In this document: positions 50,993 through 63,884 of the stretch, in pieces
Layout: each line of letters opens with the position of its first letter
Position numbering within the stretch: the first letter of the stretch is position 1
IMG/VR virus record: IMGVR_UViG_2563366895_000001
Span: 27,011 to 91,010 of that record
DNA: 64,000 nt
Strand: one strand, 5' to 3'
Origin: a virus
Taxonomy: Duplodnaviria; Heunggongvirae; Uroviricota; Caudoviricetes
Position numbers and translations under genes: made by a program
Notes under the pieces: generated by a model
What the model saw: the letters and a program-made list of their open reading frames with translations, nothing else
Databases searched by the model: none
What the model was told of the DNA's origin: nothing

Positions 50993-51598
50993 TCAAAAAA
51001 CTTTAATTTTGGCGTTTCGCTCACCACATATTGAGCACTTTAGCCGATTTTTTAAGTCTTCCAGAGTCAATCCTGAAGCTACATATTGTTTAATGTCTCT
51101 TTGAGAGAGTATCACTGGTTCACGGAACCTATAACCGCCGCAGAGATGTATTATCATTATCTCAGAATCATTTTCTAACCAGTCATTAAGAGTGTTGTGT
51201 GGTTTAGAAAGTCGCTCAATATCCAAACGCCATTGTTGGATTTCATTACTGTCCCAGTCGAGATTTAGTTTAGCACGTTGGGCAACGAACCGATGTTTTC
51301 CTCTGTTAATACTAGGTTCGTAGTCTTTTCGTTGATCGGTAGTAAGGTCCTCTTCGTATAGAAATGAATCATCGTTTTTATGAGTGGGTTCAAAAATTAC
51401 TTCAATAAAACTTGGCTCATACGCGTTAAAGCTTTTTTTTCTTATGAATATCCCTTGTGTACCACTCCCGTTTAAATCAGCACAAAAATTAACATCTATT
51501 CCTCGACGAAGTGCGAAAAAATAGCTATGTTCCCTCATGGCCACAGCTAATTTGGCTATATCTATAAGGTTGTGTATTTTATCAGAATATGTATTCAT
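50993..51598 (-). CDS. Hypothetical protein in a visibly AT-rich island
   Basis: Start taken at ATG 51598 (MNTYSDKIHNL...), the listed ORF starting at a TTG; C-terminal CSICGE; no recognised domain. Confidence 0.45.
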   Translation of the reverse strand: MNTYSDKIHNLIDIAKLAVAMREHSYFFALRRGIDVNFCADLNGSGTQGIFIRKKSFNAYEPSFIEVIFEPTHKNDDSFLYEEDLTTDQRKDYEPSINRGKHRFVAQRAKLNLDWDSNEIQQWRLDIERLSKPHNTLNDWLENDSEIMIIHLCGGYRFREPVILSQRDIKQYVASGLTLEDLKNRLKCSICGERNAKIKVF

Positions 51599-51777
51599 GA
51601 GGCTTCCAAGCAAATATCATGACAAGCATAAAGTGTTAAAGTAATGTTACGCATCTTAACAAAGTGACTCTTGATTAATTTTAATTCGCCCTATCTTGCT
51701 TGTCTAACCATCATTGCATATACAGAGGGCAAAGAATTACACTTCATGTAATTTATTTCCCTTTAATTTCGTATTAT

Positions 51778-51806
51778 CAGGGTGCTCTCTGGCACCCCTT
51801 TTTATT
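51778..51806 (+). terminator. Hairpin plus T-run in plus-strand orientation at the edge of the AT-rich island
   Basis: GGGTGCTCTCTGGCACCC followed by CTTTTTATT. Confidence 0.4.
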
Positions 51807-51816
51807 CTAGTAAAAA

Positions 51817-52779
51817 TTAATCACTTTCCACCTCTTCCGTGGTGTTTTCTTGCAGCTCTGCCAATGCAGTACGACACAGGTTCCTAGCATTGGCTATAGC
51901 CACACTTTTGACTTCATCCGTCATCGTGCAGGTAATGTACTGATCGAGTTCTTCAGCGCGGATGATGCTTTTGCCAATCAGAAACTGTATTTGCCAGAGC
52001 AGATCGGCATCCATAATCAGAATTTCTGCCGGGCCTTCAGGACCAGCCGGGAAGGAAACATAAGACTGTTTGCCCAGGCCGATAACTCGACAACTTGCTT
52101 CAAGAATTGCGCGATTGAGGTCTGACTTTGTAACTGAAACAGGTTGATTTTCACCTGCGATTACGCCGTTGACATGGATGTGGAATGGCATGTAGCTTGA
52201 AATTCGCTCTACTTTCCATACGCCAGCAAGCGATCCTTCATGCAGCACAATGGGGGTAACCGCGAGTTTCATCTCACCATATAACTGCTGGCAGATAGCT
52301 GGATTGCTGAATACATCCAAAGGTTCACACTCAAACAGCGGCGCAATCTGTATGAGGTCCATCATGGTCATACCAGGGGTACGAGCAGTAATGAATCTGC
52401 GCATGCCAGTATCCATTGTGCGCCAGATAGCTACACCATGCTTTTTGCTCACTTCTTCAGTAAAGCCAAGGTGGCACATGATGGTTTTTTCGATAGCCAG
52501 ATCAGAGATAGAAACCTTTTCGCCAGGTACACCATCATTATTGATGGTCACTTCGACACTCTGGCCATTACGCAGGCGGTATTGAATTGTTTTAGTATTT
52601 TGTGCTGTCATAGTCTTTTCTCTGCTTAAAAACTGATGTATTGCGCCTTCAGGTGGGTCAGGAATGTTTTCCCACCAGCGAAAGCAATATCTCGGGGTGT
52701 TCTTTTCGTGAAAAGCGCGTGCCATTGCCAACTTTGGCGTTTTTTTGCGAGTTCGTGCTTTTGTCGGCGTCTTGACCAC
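51817..52779 (-). CDS. Hypothetical protein (start uncertain; basic N-terminal extension may not be translated)
   Basis: 320-aa ORF between the AT-rich island and ssb; possible real start at the internal MTAQNTK. Confidence 0.4.
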   Translation of the reverse strand: MVKTPTKARTRKKTPKLAMARAFHEKNTPRYCFRWWENIPDPPEGAIHQFLSREKTMTAQNTKTIQYRLRNGQSVEVTINNDGVPGEKVSISDLAIEKTIMCHLGFTEEVSKKHGVAIWRTMDTGMRRFITARTPGMTMMDLIQIAPLFECEPLDVFSNPAICQQLYGEMKLAVTPIVLHEGSLAGVWKVERISSYMPFHIHVNGVIAGENQPVSVTKSDLNRAILEASCRVIGLGKQSYVSFPAGPEGPAEILIMDADLLWQIQFLIGKSIIRAEELDQYITCTMTDEVKSVAIANARNLCRTALAELQENTTEEVESD

Positions 52780-52813
52780 CGCTTTTCTTTCAGTCGTTTT
52801 TTACTCATAAACT

Positions 52814-53302
52814 CTAAAACGGAATATCGTCGTCAAAGTCCATTGGAGGTTCGTTATTGGCGTTGCTCTGAGGTTTACCGCCACCACTGTATTGCTGGTG
52901 GTTTTGAGGTTGGTTCGATTGCCCCCAGCCATTTGAGGACTGTGAATCGTCACGGCGAGCGCCGATCATTTGCATGGTGCCGCCCTGGCTGACGATAATT
53001 TCCGTCGTGTAACGTTCTACACCGGCGTCATCTGTCCACTTACGGGTTTTAAGTTTCCCTTCGATGTAGACCTGAGAACCTTTTCGTAAATACTCACTCG
53101 CAATTTCAGCAAGTTTCCCGAACAAAACGACTCTATGCCATTCTGTTTGCTCTTTCTGTTGGCCCGTTTGCTTGTCGCGCCATGATTCATTCGTTGCGAT
53201 GCTGAGTCTTCCGACCGCGCCGCCATTTGGTATATACCTGATCTCCGGGTCTTGCCCCAGGGTACCAATCAGGATGACTTTGTTTACACCGCGTTGTGCC
53301 AC
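52814..53302 (-). CDS. ssb: Single-stranded DNA-binding protein
   Basis: OB-fold N-terminus ([18 protein letters not shown]...W.RVV.F), Gly/Gln-rich linker, acidic tip DFDDDIPF. Confidence 0.9.
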   Translation of the reverse strand: MAQRGVNKVILIGTLGQDPEIRYIPNGGAVGRLSIATNESWRDKQTGQQKEQTEWHRVVLFGKLAEIASEYLRKGSQVYIEGKLKTRKWTDDAGVERYTTEIIVSQGGTMQMIGARRDDSQSSNGWGQSNQPQNHQQYSGGGKPQSNANNEPPMDFDDDIPF

Positions 53303-53321
53303 TTATCTTACCTAATAAAAT

Positions 53322-53338
53322 AAATTAATTAGAGCAAT
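53322..53338 (-). promoter_or_regulatory. C1-repressor operator-like site in the ssb / lyz divergent region
   Basis: Plus strand AAATTAATTAGAGCAAT, 16/17 to the reverse-complemented consensus, about 20 bp upstream of the ssb start. Confidence 0.5.
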
Positions 53339-53470
53339 AATGTATATCTTTGAAACGTAGCTAACAAGTGATTTGCATTATCCTGTGTCTTCTAAAGGGA
53401 TCGAGTCAGTCGGTATTGGCTGTGAATGGGTGTTTGTCCTGGAGCGTAAAAATTCGCTTATGAGGTCTTT

Positions 53471-54028
53471 ATGAAGGGAAAAACAGCCGCAGGAGGCGGT
53501 GCAATTTGCGCTATCGCGGTGATGATTACCATCGTGATGGGTAATGGCAATGTGCGAACCAACCAGGCGGGGCTTGAGCTTATCGGAAACGCTGAAGGTT
53601 GCCGACGTGATCCATACATGTGCCCGGCGGGTGTATGGACTGACGGGATTGGTAATACACACGGGGTAACGCCAGGCGTGCGAAAAAACGACCAACAAAT
53701 CGCCGCTGATTGGGAAAAGAATATCCTGATCGCTGAACGCTGTATTAACCAGCACTTCCGGGGCAAAGACATGCCCGATAATGCCTTCAGCGCAATGACA
53801 AGCGCGGCATTCAATATGGGATGCAATAGCTTACGGACCTACTACAGCAAAGCGCGAGGCATGCGAGTCGAAACGTCCATCCACAAGTGGGCGCAGAAAG
53901 GGGAATGGGTGAATATGTGTAACCATCTCCCTGATTTTGTGAACAGTAACGGCGTGCCCCTGCGAGGTTTAAAGATTCGCCGTGAAAAAGAACGCCAGCT
54001 TTGCCTGACGGGACTGGTCAATGAATAA
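53471..54028 (+). CDS. lyz: SAR-type endolysin (T4-lysozyme family; P1 Lyz-like, 185 aa)
   Basis: N-terminal weakly hydrophobic Gly/Ala-rich SAR-like segment (AAGGGAICAIAVMITIVMGNG) followed by lysozyme-like region. Confidence 0.75.
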   Translation: MKGKTAAGGGAICAIAVMITIVMGNGNVRTNQAGLELIGNAEGCRRDPYMCPAGVWTDGIGNTHGVTPGVRKNDQQIAADWEKNILIAERCINQHFRGKDMPDNAFSAMTSAAFNMGCNSLRTYYSKARGMRVETSIHKWAQKGEWVNMCNHLPDFVNSNGVPLRGLKIRREKERQLCLTGLVNE

Positions 54029-54275
54029 ACTCCGGCAGCTCCGCAGACTTTCGACAATGAAGTTATCGCTGGCAGCGATAGTTTTCGACTCGATTTTCAT
54101 GGCGGTATATGTGCTTAATGAAACGTGGCCACTGGAACCGCTATTGTATGCCGGGCTTCGGCTGTGCCTGACATTTTTGAGCATGGCTGCGAGATTGATG
54201 CAGCAGAAAGAAACCGCTTCAGATTGTCCACGCCGCGCGGTGCGCAAATATATGGCACGCAGGCGAAAGCGATAA
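54021..54275 (+). CDS. Small membrane protein downstream of lyz (possible lysis accessory)
   Basis: Two hydrophobic segments and a basic C-terminus (RKYMARRRKR). Confidence 0.3.
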   Translation: MNKLRQLRRLSTMKLSLAAIVFDSIFMAVYVLNETWPLEPLLYAGLRLCLTFLSMAARLMQQKETASDCPRRAVRKYMARRRKR

Positions 54276-54286
54276 TAGTTAACGAT

Positions 54287-54314
54287 AACCCCGGCAGCCG
54301 CCGGGGTTATTTTT
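54287..54314 (+). terminator. Rho-independent terminator between the lyz block and the convergent pro gene
   Basis: AACCCCGGC-AGCC-GCCGGGGTT followed by ATTTTT. Confidence 0.6.
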
Positions 54315-54319
54315 GGTGG

Positions 54320-57050
<2,731 letters not shown>

Positions 57051-57116
57051 TTAATTAGAATAATTCACATCGTGTTTGAACGGAATTTAACACTAGTCAC
57101 TTGTTAAGGATTACCA

Positions 57117-60100
57117 ATGAACAAGCTATCTATGGGGGTGTTTCGCTGTTCAAGTGTCAGCGAAATATTGAAATACATTAGGGCAATAACATCTCACCGA
57201 GCGCCGATTAAATACGGCGTGGAAAAGGTGGAAGGCAAAAGCTATGACCGACTGCGCCGGGAGGCGAATCAGAAGGCGATAGATTTGCTTAATTCGCTGG
57301 TGGACGGCGCGACACTGACAGATGAACAGCGCCAGATCCTGGCTGGGTACACCGGTGAAGGCGGCATTGGCGGGTCCATCTCCGAATATTACACACCAAA
57401 GCCGATCGCTGAAGGTGTCTGGGAGATCATGAAGCTCTACGGCGCGGACGTAGGTAACACTCTGGAACCATCGGCGGGCACCGGCGTTTTTAATGAGACA
57501 AAACCGGTTGGTACGGTGATGACTGCGACTGAGATCAGCAGTGTTTCCGGTCGTATAAACCAGCTGTTACACCCGGAAGACAGCGTACAGATTTCCCCGT
57601 TCGAACAGCTGGCTGTAAGCACGCCTAACGATTCATTCGACCATGTTGTGGGTAACGTTCCGTTCGGTGGTCGTGATAACACACGCAACATCGATAAGCC
57701 TTACGCAGAAGAAACGGACATGGGTTCTTACTTCATGCTCCGCATGCTGGACAAGATAAAGCCAGGCGGATTCATGTGCGTGATTGTGCCGCCGTCCATT
57801 GTTTCAGGTTCAAACATGAAGCGGTTACGCCTGCGCCTATCACGGAAAGCTGAATTTCTTGGTGCTCACCGCTTGCCTACCGGTACTTTTGACGCAAACG
57901 GGACCAGTACAGTTGTTGATGTGGTGCTGATGCGCAAACATCCGGCAGAGATGGCTGAGAAAATCCCCCTGGTGGATGAAAGCACTCTTGAATCGGCAAA
58001 TGTGCTTTGGCCAACGTTTATTTCTGGCAAGTGGTTTGAAAAGGATGGCCGCCGGTTTGTTCATGGAACCCAGGAAAAGGGCTTCCAGGGGCGTATTGAG
58101 GTTCGTGCCGACGGTCAGATTGATAACCAGGTTCTTAAAGCGAAGCTGATTCATCGTTTCGAAAGCCGTATCGACTGGTCTTTGCTCGATATGGCTGAAC
58201 CGTCACCGACCGCAGATGTTGTTGATGAAGGGGAAATGCGCCTGATTAATGGCGTATGGCAAAAATATGCTGGTGGTCGCTGGATTGAAGCTGATGCCGG
58301 GAAGGAGCTGAAGATTGAGGTTGCCAGTTATGGCGCGGATAGCTGGGAGGCTCTTCAGCGTAACCTGACTACAACAGAAGGCCGTCTCGGCATGACATTT
58401 ACCCAGATGGCAAATGTCCGCGATAAGTACACCACATCAATCAGCGACGATATGGTGCAGCTGGTGGACTGGATTAACAGCCAGCCTGAAAAATACCGTG
58501 AACGCTTGTATCGCGGGGCGATGATTGGCCGGATGTTAATTGAATATCAGGACATGAAGGCCGCCGGGCATAGTGCTGAACAAATCGAACAGCAGCGCCT
58601 TTCTCTGGTATCCCGTTTGCAGGCAGAGATTGACCGTTTTGGTAACCCCGGTCGCGGTCCGATAGCGAAATTATCGGGGAGCGGTGCTCGCGCCTGGTTT
58701 GCTTTCCGTGGTGCAATTAAGCTGGATGGCACTATTTCTGACGAGCTGACAGGAAAACTGGTTACGCATGATTCCAGCGCCAGTTATGACTCCACCAGCT
58801 ATCAGGACACCCTGCGTTATCTCTACAGTGATCTCACTCGCGATCCAATCCAGCTCGATGATTTCCGCCTTGCGTTTACCGGCGAACTGCCAGCCAGTGA
58901 TGACGAGTTGCTTAATTTATTGGCCAGCACCCCTGGCATTGCGGTTTCACCGTATGGCGGGATTGTTCCGTTCGCCCGCGCCACCAGCGGCAACATTAAC
59001 GAGATAGTGGCTCCAAAACAGGAATTCCTCGCCACGCTCCCCGACGGTCCAGTAAAGAACAACGTCCTTAATCAGCTGGCAGCGATCGAAGAGAAGCGCA
59101 TCAAGACGCCAGCAGAGAATATCCGCTTTAAGCTCAATAGCCGTTGGTTCGACCGTTCCGTCATTCTGGAGTTTTTGCAGGAAAACGGCTATCCGGATCT
59201 GCGCTATGTGCAGTCAGTGCAGTTGGAAGGCGACGAAATGGTTTCTGACACCTATCACGGTGGTGATGGTCTGTTCGTCGGGCACCGATACGGTGTCGTC
59301 CAGCGCAAGGATAAAGAAACAGGCGAGATCCGCTACGAGTGGGACCGTAAATCAGGTGAAAACGCGACCGGGTTCCCGGCACAGCTGGAAAAGTATCTCA
59401 ATGGTGCGCGTATCGGTGGCAAAGATAGCGCGACGGCGAACGGCTACCGCGAGCAGATGGCACTGCTTGAGGACCAGTTCAATAAGTGGATCAAGACGCA
59501 CGATCGCTACGATGAGCTGGTTGCCAAATACAACGATGTGTTCAATAGCAATATCCCGTATGAACACTCTGGCGATCCGCTTGGGTTGAAGGGATTAAGC
59601 GGTAAGCGACAGCCATTTGATTACCAGAATAGCGAGGTGCGCCGACTGTCCGAAGATGGGCGCGGCATCCTGGGCTTCGGTACCGGGCTGGGTAAAACCA
59701 CGACCGCGCTGGCGCTTGAGGCGTTCAACTATGAGAACGGTCGTTCCACCCGTACTGCGTATGTAGTGCCTAAATCAGTGCTGGAAAACTGGTATTACGA
59801 AGCAAAAGAGTTCCTGAGTGAAGAGGCATTCAGTAACTACCTGTTCGTCGGTCTTGATGTGCTGATGGATGGCGATCAGATTCGCCAGGTGCCGGTGCTC
59901 AATGAGAACGGTAAACCTGTTCTTGGTACTGATGGCACTTCAGTTATGCGCGATGCTCTTAAGCTGGCAGATGAAGCCACTATCACGGCGCGGATGAACG
60001 CGATCCCGCACTCAAATTACCGTGCAGTCGTGTTTACCAAAGAACAATACGCCCGCATTCCGCTACGTGATGACACCGTAGATGAGCATGCACAGGATAT

Positions 60101-63100
60101 GCTTTATGACTTCGTTGCCGCCGGGCGCGTAGCCAGCGCAATGGACTCCGACTCCCACCGCAAAGAGGCCGCGCGTCGCCGGGTATTGTCGGAGTATTCA
60201 GATACCGGCACCGAAAAAGCAGAGAAGTATCCGTACTTTGAGGATATGGGCTTCGATAGTGTGATCGCTGACGAAGGTCACAACTACCGCAATAGCTATA
60301 AAAATGGTCGCGAAGCGTCACAACTGGCCTATCTGCCCACCAGCGCGGTGGCGCAATCGGCGCGGGATATGGCAATTAAAAACGCGTACCTGATGAAAAA
60401 GAATGGTGGGCGCGGACCGGTTCTCCTGACTGCAACGCCAGTCGTTAACACCCCGATCGATGCATACAACATGCTTTCTCATGTGCTGCCGAAGGAATAC
60501 TGGCAGAAGATGGGGATCTACGGTCCTGATGACTTCGTTAAATTCTTCGGCAAGACCAGGCTGGAAACGGTACAGAAAATTAGCGGTGAAGTTGAAGAAA
60601 AAATGGCGCTGGTGGGCTTTGAAAACCTTGATGCGCTGCGCGGTATATTCCATCGCTGGGTAACGCTTAAAACGGCGGAAGACGTTAAGGATACCGTGGA
60701 GATCCCGGAGCTGGACGAACACCAGCAGGATGCACCACTTACTGAAGAACAACTGGCGGCGTATGAAGAATTGCGTCAGCAGGCGGAAGCGGCGGCCAAA
60801 GCCAACAATGGCGTAACGACCTCGGTCAATGAAGACGGCGTGATTGAGCACGAGAAAGCCCGTCCGATCTTCTCAATAATCAGGGATATGGACCGCGTAT
60901 GTACTGACATGGACCTGTACTATCGCCGGATCACCTATCGTTTCCTGCCGGAGTACGCCGATGCGGTGCAGCAGCTGGCGGACAGTTTGCCTAAACAAGC
61001 CACCAGCGAAGACGACGACAGTGATGATTCGATCACGCAGCAATCGCAATACTCCCTGATAGATAAGGGCGAGTTTATTCAGTTGCAGGTACCGGAAGCA
61101 TTTGAGCAGGAAGTGAATAAGCGCCTGGCCAAGTTTGGCATTGACGAACAGACCGTAACTCACCCCGTTACGCCCAAATACGCGAAGCTGATTGCCACGC
61201 TGAAGGAGTTTTTCCCAGAAGGTAAGCAAATCATCTTCACCGATGAAAAAACGCAGCACCAGAAGCTCAAGCGCATTATCTGCAATGCTCTTAACCTTGA
61301 ACCTTCAAAGGTGGGGATCCTGAATGCTCAGACGGTTGCCGAGGCAGGTAAAACCGGTAAGAAACTGAAAGCGGTTAAACCGCCGAAAGAGCTACCGGAT
61401 GAACCAACAGATGCACAGATAGCGAAATACAACGAGCAAATGGCTCTGTATGACGCCTATATCGCGCAGCAAAATGAAATGTCGTTGGGCGGTCTGGAAA
61501 AGATTGCAGCCGACTTCCAGGAGGGCCGGACTCCGATCATCATCTGCAACAAAAAGGCAGAGGTGGGTATCAACCTGCATCGAGGAACGACGGATATCCA
61601 CCACCTGACGTTGCCGTGGACACCAGCCAGTATCGCACAGCGTAACGGTCGCGGTGCCCGAGTTGGTTCCAACCGTGCAAGCGTTCGCGTTCACTACTAC
61701 TGCGGCAAGGGGTCTTTCGATGAATACCGACTGAAGACGCTGAAGCGTAAAGCAGGCTGGATCTCCGATATCCTCCGTTCAGATAAGTCAGAAATGGAGA
61801 ACGCCGACGCCAATGACATGATCGAAATGCAGATGTATACCGCGAAGGATGACGGCGAACGTCTGGCAATGATGCAGGTTCAAATGGATAAGGCGAAAGC
61901 TGCGAAACGCGCTCGCCAGAAAGAACAGGCTACTATCGACCTTCAGAACTACATCAAGGCGCAGCACGCAGCTGGCGAGGATGTGGAGGTACTTACCGCT
62001 GAATTAGAGCGAAGCAAAGCGGAACTTGAAAAGACCACCGCCGAGGTAGCTAAATTCAAACAGGCGGCAATGGCCAAAGCAGCTGATAACGCAGACTGGA
62101 AGGCCCGCTGGGGTAGCGTCCATCACACAGACCGTACGTTGTTAGCACAGTATCGCGCGTCGTTGAAAAGCGCCATTCAGCGCAAGGCTAATATCTCTCA
62201 GGCCATCTCCCGCTATGAGAAATTATTGAACCGTACTCAGAAGGCCGCGACGGATATCAAACGCCTGCGCCCGCTGGTGGAGGATGCAATAAATAAAGGC
62301 ATTCTGGATGTTGATCCTGATCTGGTTAACCATGCGAATGAGTTCCTTGTTATCGGCGATCGCTCATGGCGTGTAGGCCAATACTACGATTGTGCCGGTG
62401 ATATCTTTCGCATTAAGTCGCTGGACTTCGACAGCCAGCGCGCAGACGTGGAGATCATCTTTACCTTAAGAGGCACCAAATCGGGTAACTGGGATGTGAA
62501 GACGCTGGATAAACAGGTGGATGTAACTCCCGATGAAGATGCTGTTATGCAGAAAATCAGTGGTGGCGTCTCCATCGCCGGGATTAACGACATCATTTCC
62601 TGTGACGATTTCTACCGTTTCCAGCAGCGCGGCATGATCAAAATCACTGACTCGTACGGCGTTCAGACTACAGAGTCAGGCTATAGCATTGATTTTGTTG
62701 GTACCTATACGGACCCACTGAAGCATGCGATTTACCCGGATCGCCGTGACGGCGCGCTGAAGTCGTCAATTGCAAAATGGGTGCTTGGTATGATGTCGGA
62801 AGGGAATAACCGCCAGATCCGTTCGGCAGAAACATTCCTGGTTGAATTGTTTGGCTCCAATTATGGCGATGTAATCGCGTCATACGGAGATACGCTATCC
62901 CCTGAAGCAATTCAGGAGAAAATAGCGGATGCGATCGCCAGAATGCCGGAAAAAACAAGCCAGGGGGCTACTCGTAACGGGGATTCTGAACTTGAAGTCA
63001 CCAATGCCATTTTCGGTACCAATGAGTTCCGGGCGTCAGATTATGAGATCACCACAGCACAGTTTGGCACCATTGGCATTTACAGCAATAAAGACGAGAT

Positions 63101-63884
63101 CAAGCAGGCAATGGACGCAGCAAGTGCGCGCATTGCAGCAGAACGGGAAGCCAATCTGAATCATGCAGTCGCCGCGCTGACTCAATCGTGGGTAACAGCA
63201 ATCAGGGAGGCCGCCACCACAGGGAAAATCACACCTGCAATTGCGGATGTCGTAAACGACGGCTCTAAATTTATGGATGCCTATCAAATGGATGCGGTGA
63301 AGTTGCCATCAGCCTATGGTCAACTCAGCTATCGCATGACCTACAACCTGGTATCAATGTTTTCTGACCTTGCCATTCTTGGGCTGGTGGACCTTAACGA
63401 GGTTACGCCGGAATTGCTCAGCATGCGCAAGAATCATGTGGAGATATTGCAGAGAATTAACACGGCACTTGCCGGTCGCACCGATGAAGAGAAACAGGCA
63501 GACGCTGATCGGATAAACCTGGCCCTTGGCAACATCACGGAGGAAGAAATTGCCGCCAGAAACGAGAAACAAGAAGAGTTATCATCAATACAGGGTGATG
63601 CCACCAGCATAGCTCAGTCTCTTGGTCTGAATTATCGCGTATCCACCGCCGACCTGAAGATGATGTACGCACCAAAATTCGCCGCTGGCGAGGTATTTGG
63701 GCTTCAGGAAGCCTCCGGCATGAAAGGCATTCTTTTCCGTGCGAAAGACGCAATCAAGGCGAAATTCGGCGCTCGCTGGCTGCCAGCGAAGGCGAAGAAC
63801 AGCGATTTCCCGGGTAACTGGTGGATTATCGAGACAAAACACAACGTGGCGGACGTTCTGGCCGTCATCCAACAATACGCATAA
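57117..63884 (+). CDS. darB: DarB-like giant methyltransferase-helicase (2255 aa)
   Basis: N-terminal N6-adenine MTase-like motifs (LEPSAGTGVF; VVGNVPFGG); helicase motifs GFGTGLGKTTTALA, VIADEGHNYRN and QRNGRGARVG; length equals my recollection of P1 DarB. Confidence 0.8.
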   Translation: MNKLSMGVFRCSSVSEILKYIRAITSHRAPIKYGVEKVEGKSYDRLRREANQKAIDLLNSLVDGATLTDEQRQILAGYTGEGGIGGSISEYYTPKPIAEGVWEIMKLYGADVGNTLEPSAGTGVFNETKPVGTVMTATEISSVSGRINQLLHPEDSVQISPFEQLAVSTPNDSFDHVVGNVPFGGRDNTRNIDKPYAEETDMGSYFMLRMLDKIKPGGFMCVIVPPSIVSGSNMKRLRLRLSRKAEFLGAHRLPTGTFDANGTSTVVDVVLMRKHPAEMAEKIPLVDESTLESANVLWPTFISGKWFEKDGRRFVHGTQEKGFQGRIEVRADGQIDNQVLKAKLIHRFESRIDWSLLDMAEPSPTADVVDEGEMRLINGVWQKYAGGRWIEADAGKELKIEVASYGADSWEALQRNLTTTEGRLGMTFTQMANVRDKYTTSISDDMVQLVDWINSQPEKYRERLYRGAMIGRMLIEYQDMKAAGHSAEQIEQQRLSLVSRLQAEIDRFGNPGRGPIAKLSGSGARAWFAFRGAIKLDGTISDELTGKLVTHDSSASYDSTSYQDTLRYLYSDLTRDPIQLDDFRLAFTGELPASDDELLNLLASTPGIAVSPYGGIVPFARATSGNINEIVAPKQEFLATLPDGPVKNNVLNQLAAIEEKRIKTPAENIRFKLNSRWFDRSVILEFLQENGYPDLRYVQSVQLEGDEMVSDTYHGGDGLFVGHRYGVVQRKDKETGEIRYEWDRKSGENATGFPAQLEKYLNGARIGGKDSATANGYREQMALLEDQFNKWIKTHDRYDELVAKYNDVFNSNIPYEHSGDPLGLKGLSGKRQPFDYQNSEVRRLSEDGRGILGFGTGLGKTTTALALEAFNYENGRSTRTAYVVPKSVLENWYYEAKEFLSEEAFSNYLFVGLDVLMDGDQIRQVPVLNENGKPVLGTDGTSVMRDALKLADEATITARMNAIPHSNYRAVVFTKEQYARIPLRDDTVDEHAQDMLYDFVAAGRVASAMDSDSHRKEAARRRVLSEYSDTGTEKAEKYPYFEDMGFDSVIADEGHNYRNSYKNGREASQLAYLPTSAVAQSARDMAIKNAYLMKKNGGRGPVLLTATPVVNTPIDAYNMLSHVLPKEYWQKMGIYGPDDFVKFFGKTRLETVQKISGEVEEKMALVGFENLDALRGIFHRWVTLKTAEDVKDTVEIPELDEHQQDAPLTEEQLAAYEELRQQAEAAAKANNGVTTSVNEDGVIEHEKARPIFSIIRDMDRVCTDMDLYYRRITYRFLPEYADAVQQLADSLPKQATSEDDDSDDSITQQSQYSLIDKGEFIQLQVPEAFEQEVNKRLAKFGIDEQTVTHPVTPKYAKLIATLKEFFPEGKQIIFTDEKTQHQKLKRIICNALNLEPSKVGILNAQTVAEAGKTGKKLKAVKPPKELPDEPTDAQIAKYNEQMALYDAYIAQQNEMSLGGLEKIAADFQEGRTPIIICNKKAEVGINLHRGTTDIHHLTLPWTPASIAQRNGRGARVGSNRASVRVHYYCGKGSFDEYRLKTLKRKAGWISDILRSDKSEMENADANDMIEMQMYTAKDDGERLAMMQVQMDKAKAAKRARQKEQATIDLQNYIKAQHAAGEDVEVLTAELERSKAELEKTTAEVAKFKQAAMAKAADNADWKARWGSVHHTDRTLLAQYRASLKSAIQRKANISQAISRYEKLLNRTQKAATDIKRLRPLVEDAINKGILDVDPDLVNHANEFLVIGDRSWRVGQYYDCAGDIFRIKSLDFDSQRADVEIIFTLRGTKSGNWDVKTLDKQVDVTPDEDAVMQKISGGVSIAGINDIISCDDFYRFQQRGMIKITDSYGVQTTESGYSIDFVGTYTDPLKHAIYPDRRDGALKSSIAKWVLGMMSEGNNRQIRSAETFLVELFGSNYGDVIASYGDTLSPEAIQEKIADAIARMPEKTSQGATRNGDSELEVTNAIFGTNEFRASDYEITTAQFGTIGIYSNKDEIKQAMDAASARIAAEREANLNHAVAALTQSWVTAIREAATTGKITPAIADVVNDGSKFMDAYQMDAVKLPSAYGQLSYRMTYNLVSMFSDLAILGLVDLNEVTPELLSMRKNHVEILQRINTALAGRTDEEKQADADRINLALGNITEEEIAARNEKQEELSSIQGDATSIAQSLGLNYRVSTADLKMMYAPKFAAGEVFGLQEASGMKGILFRAKDAIKAKFGARWLPAKAKNSDFPGNWWIIETKHNVADVLAVIQQYA

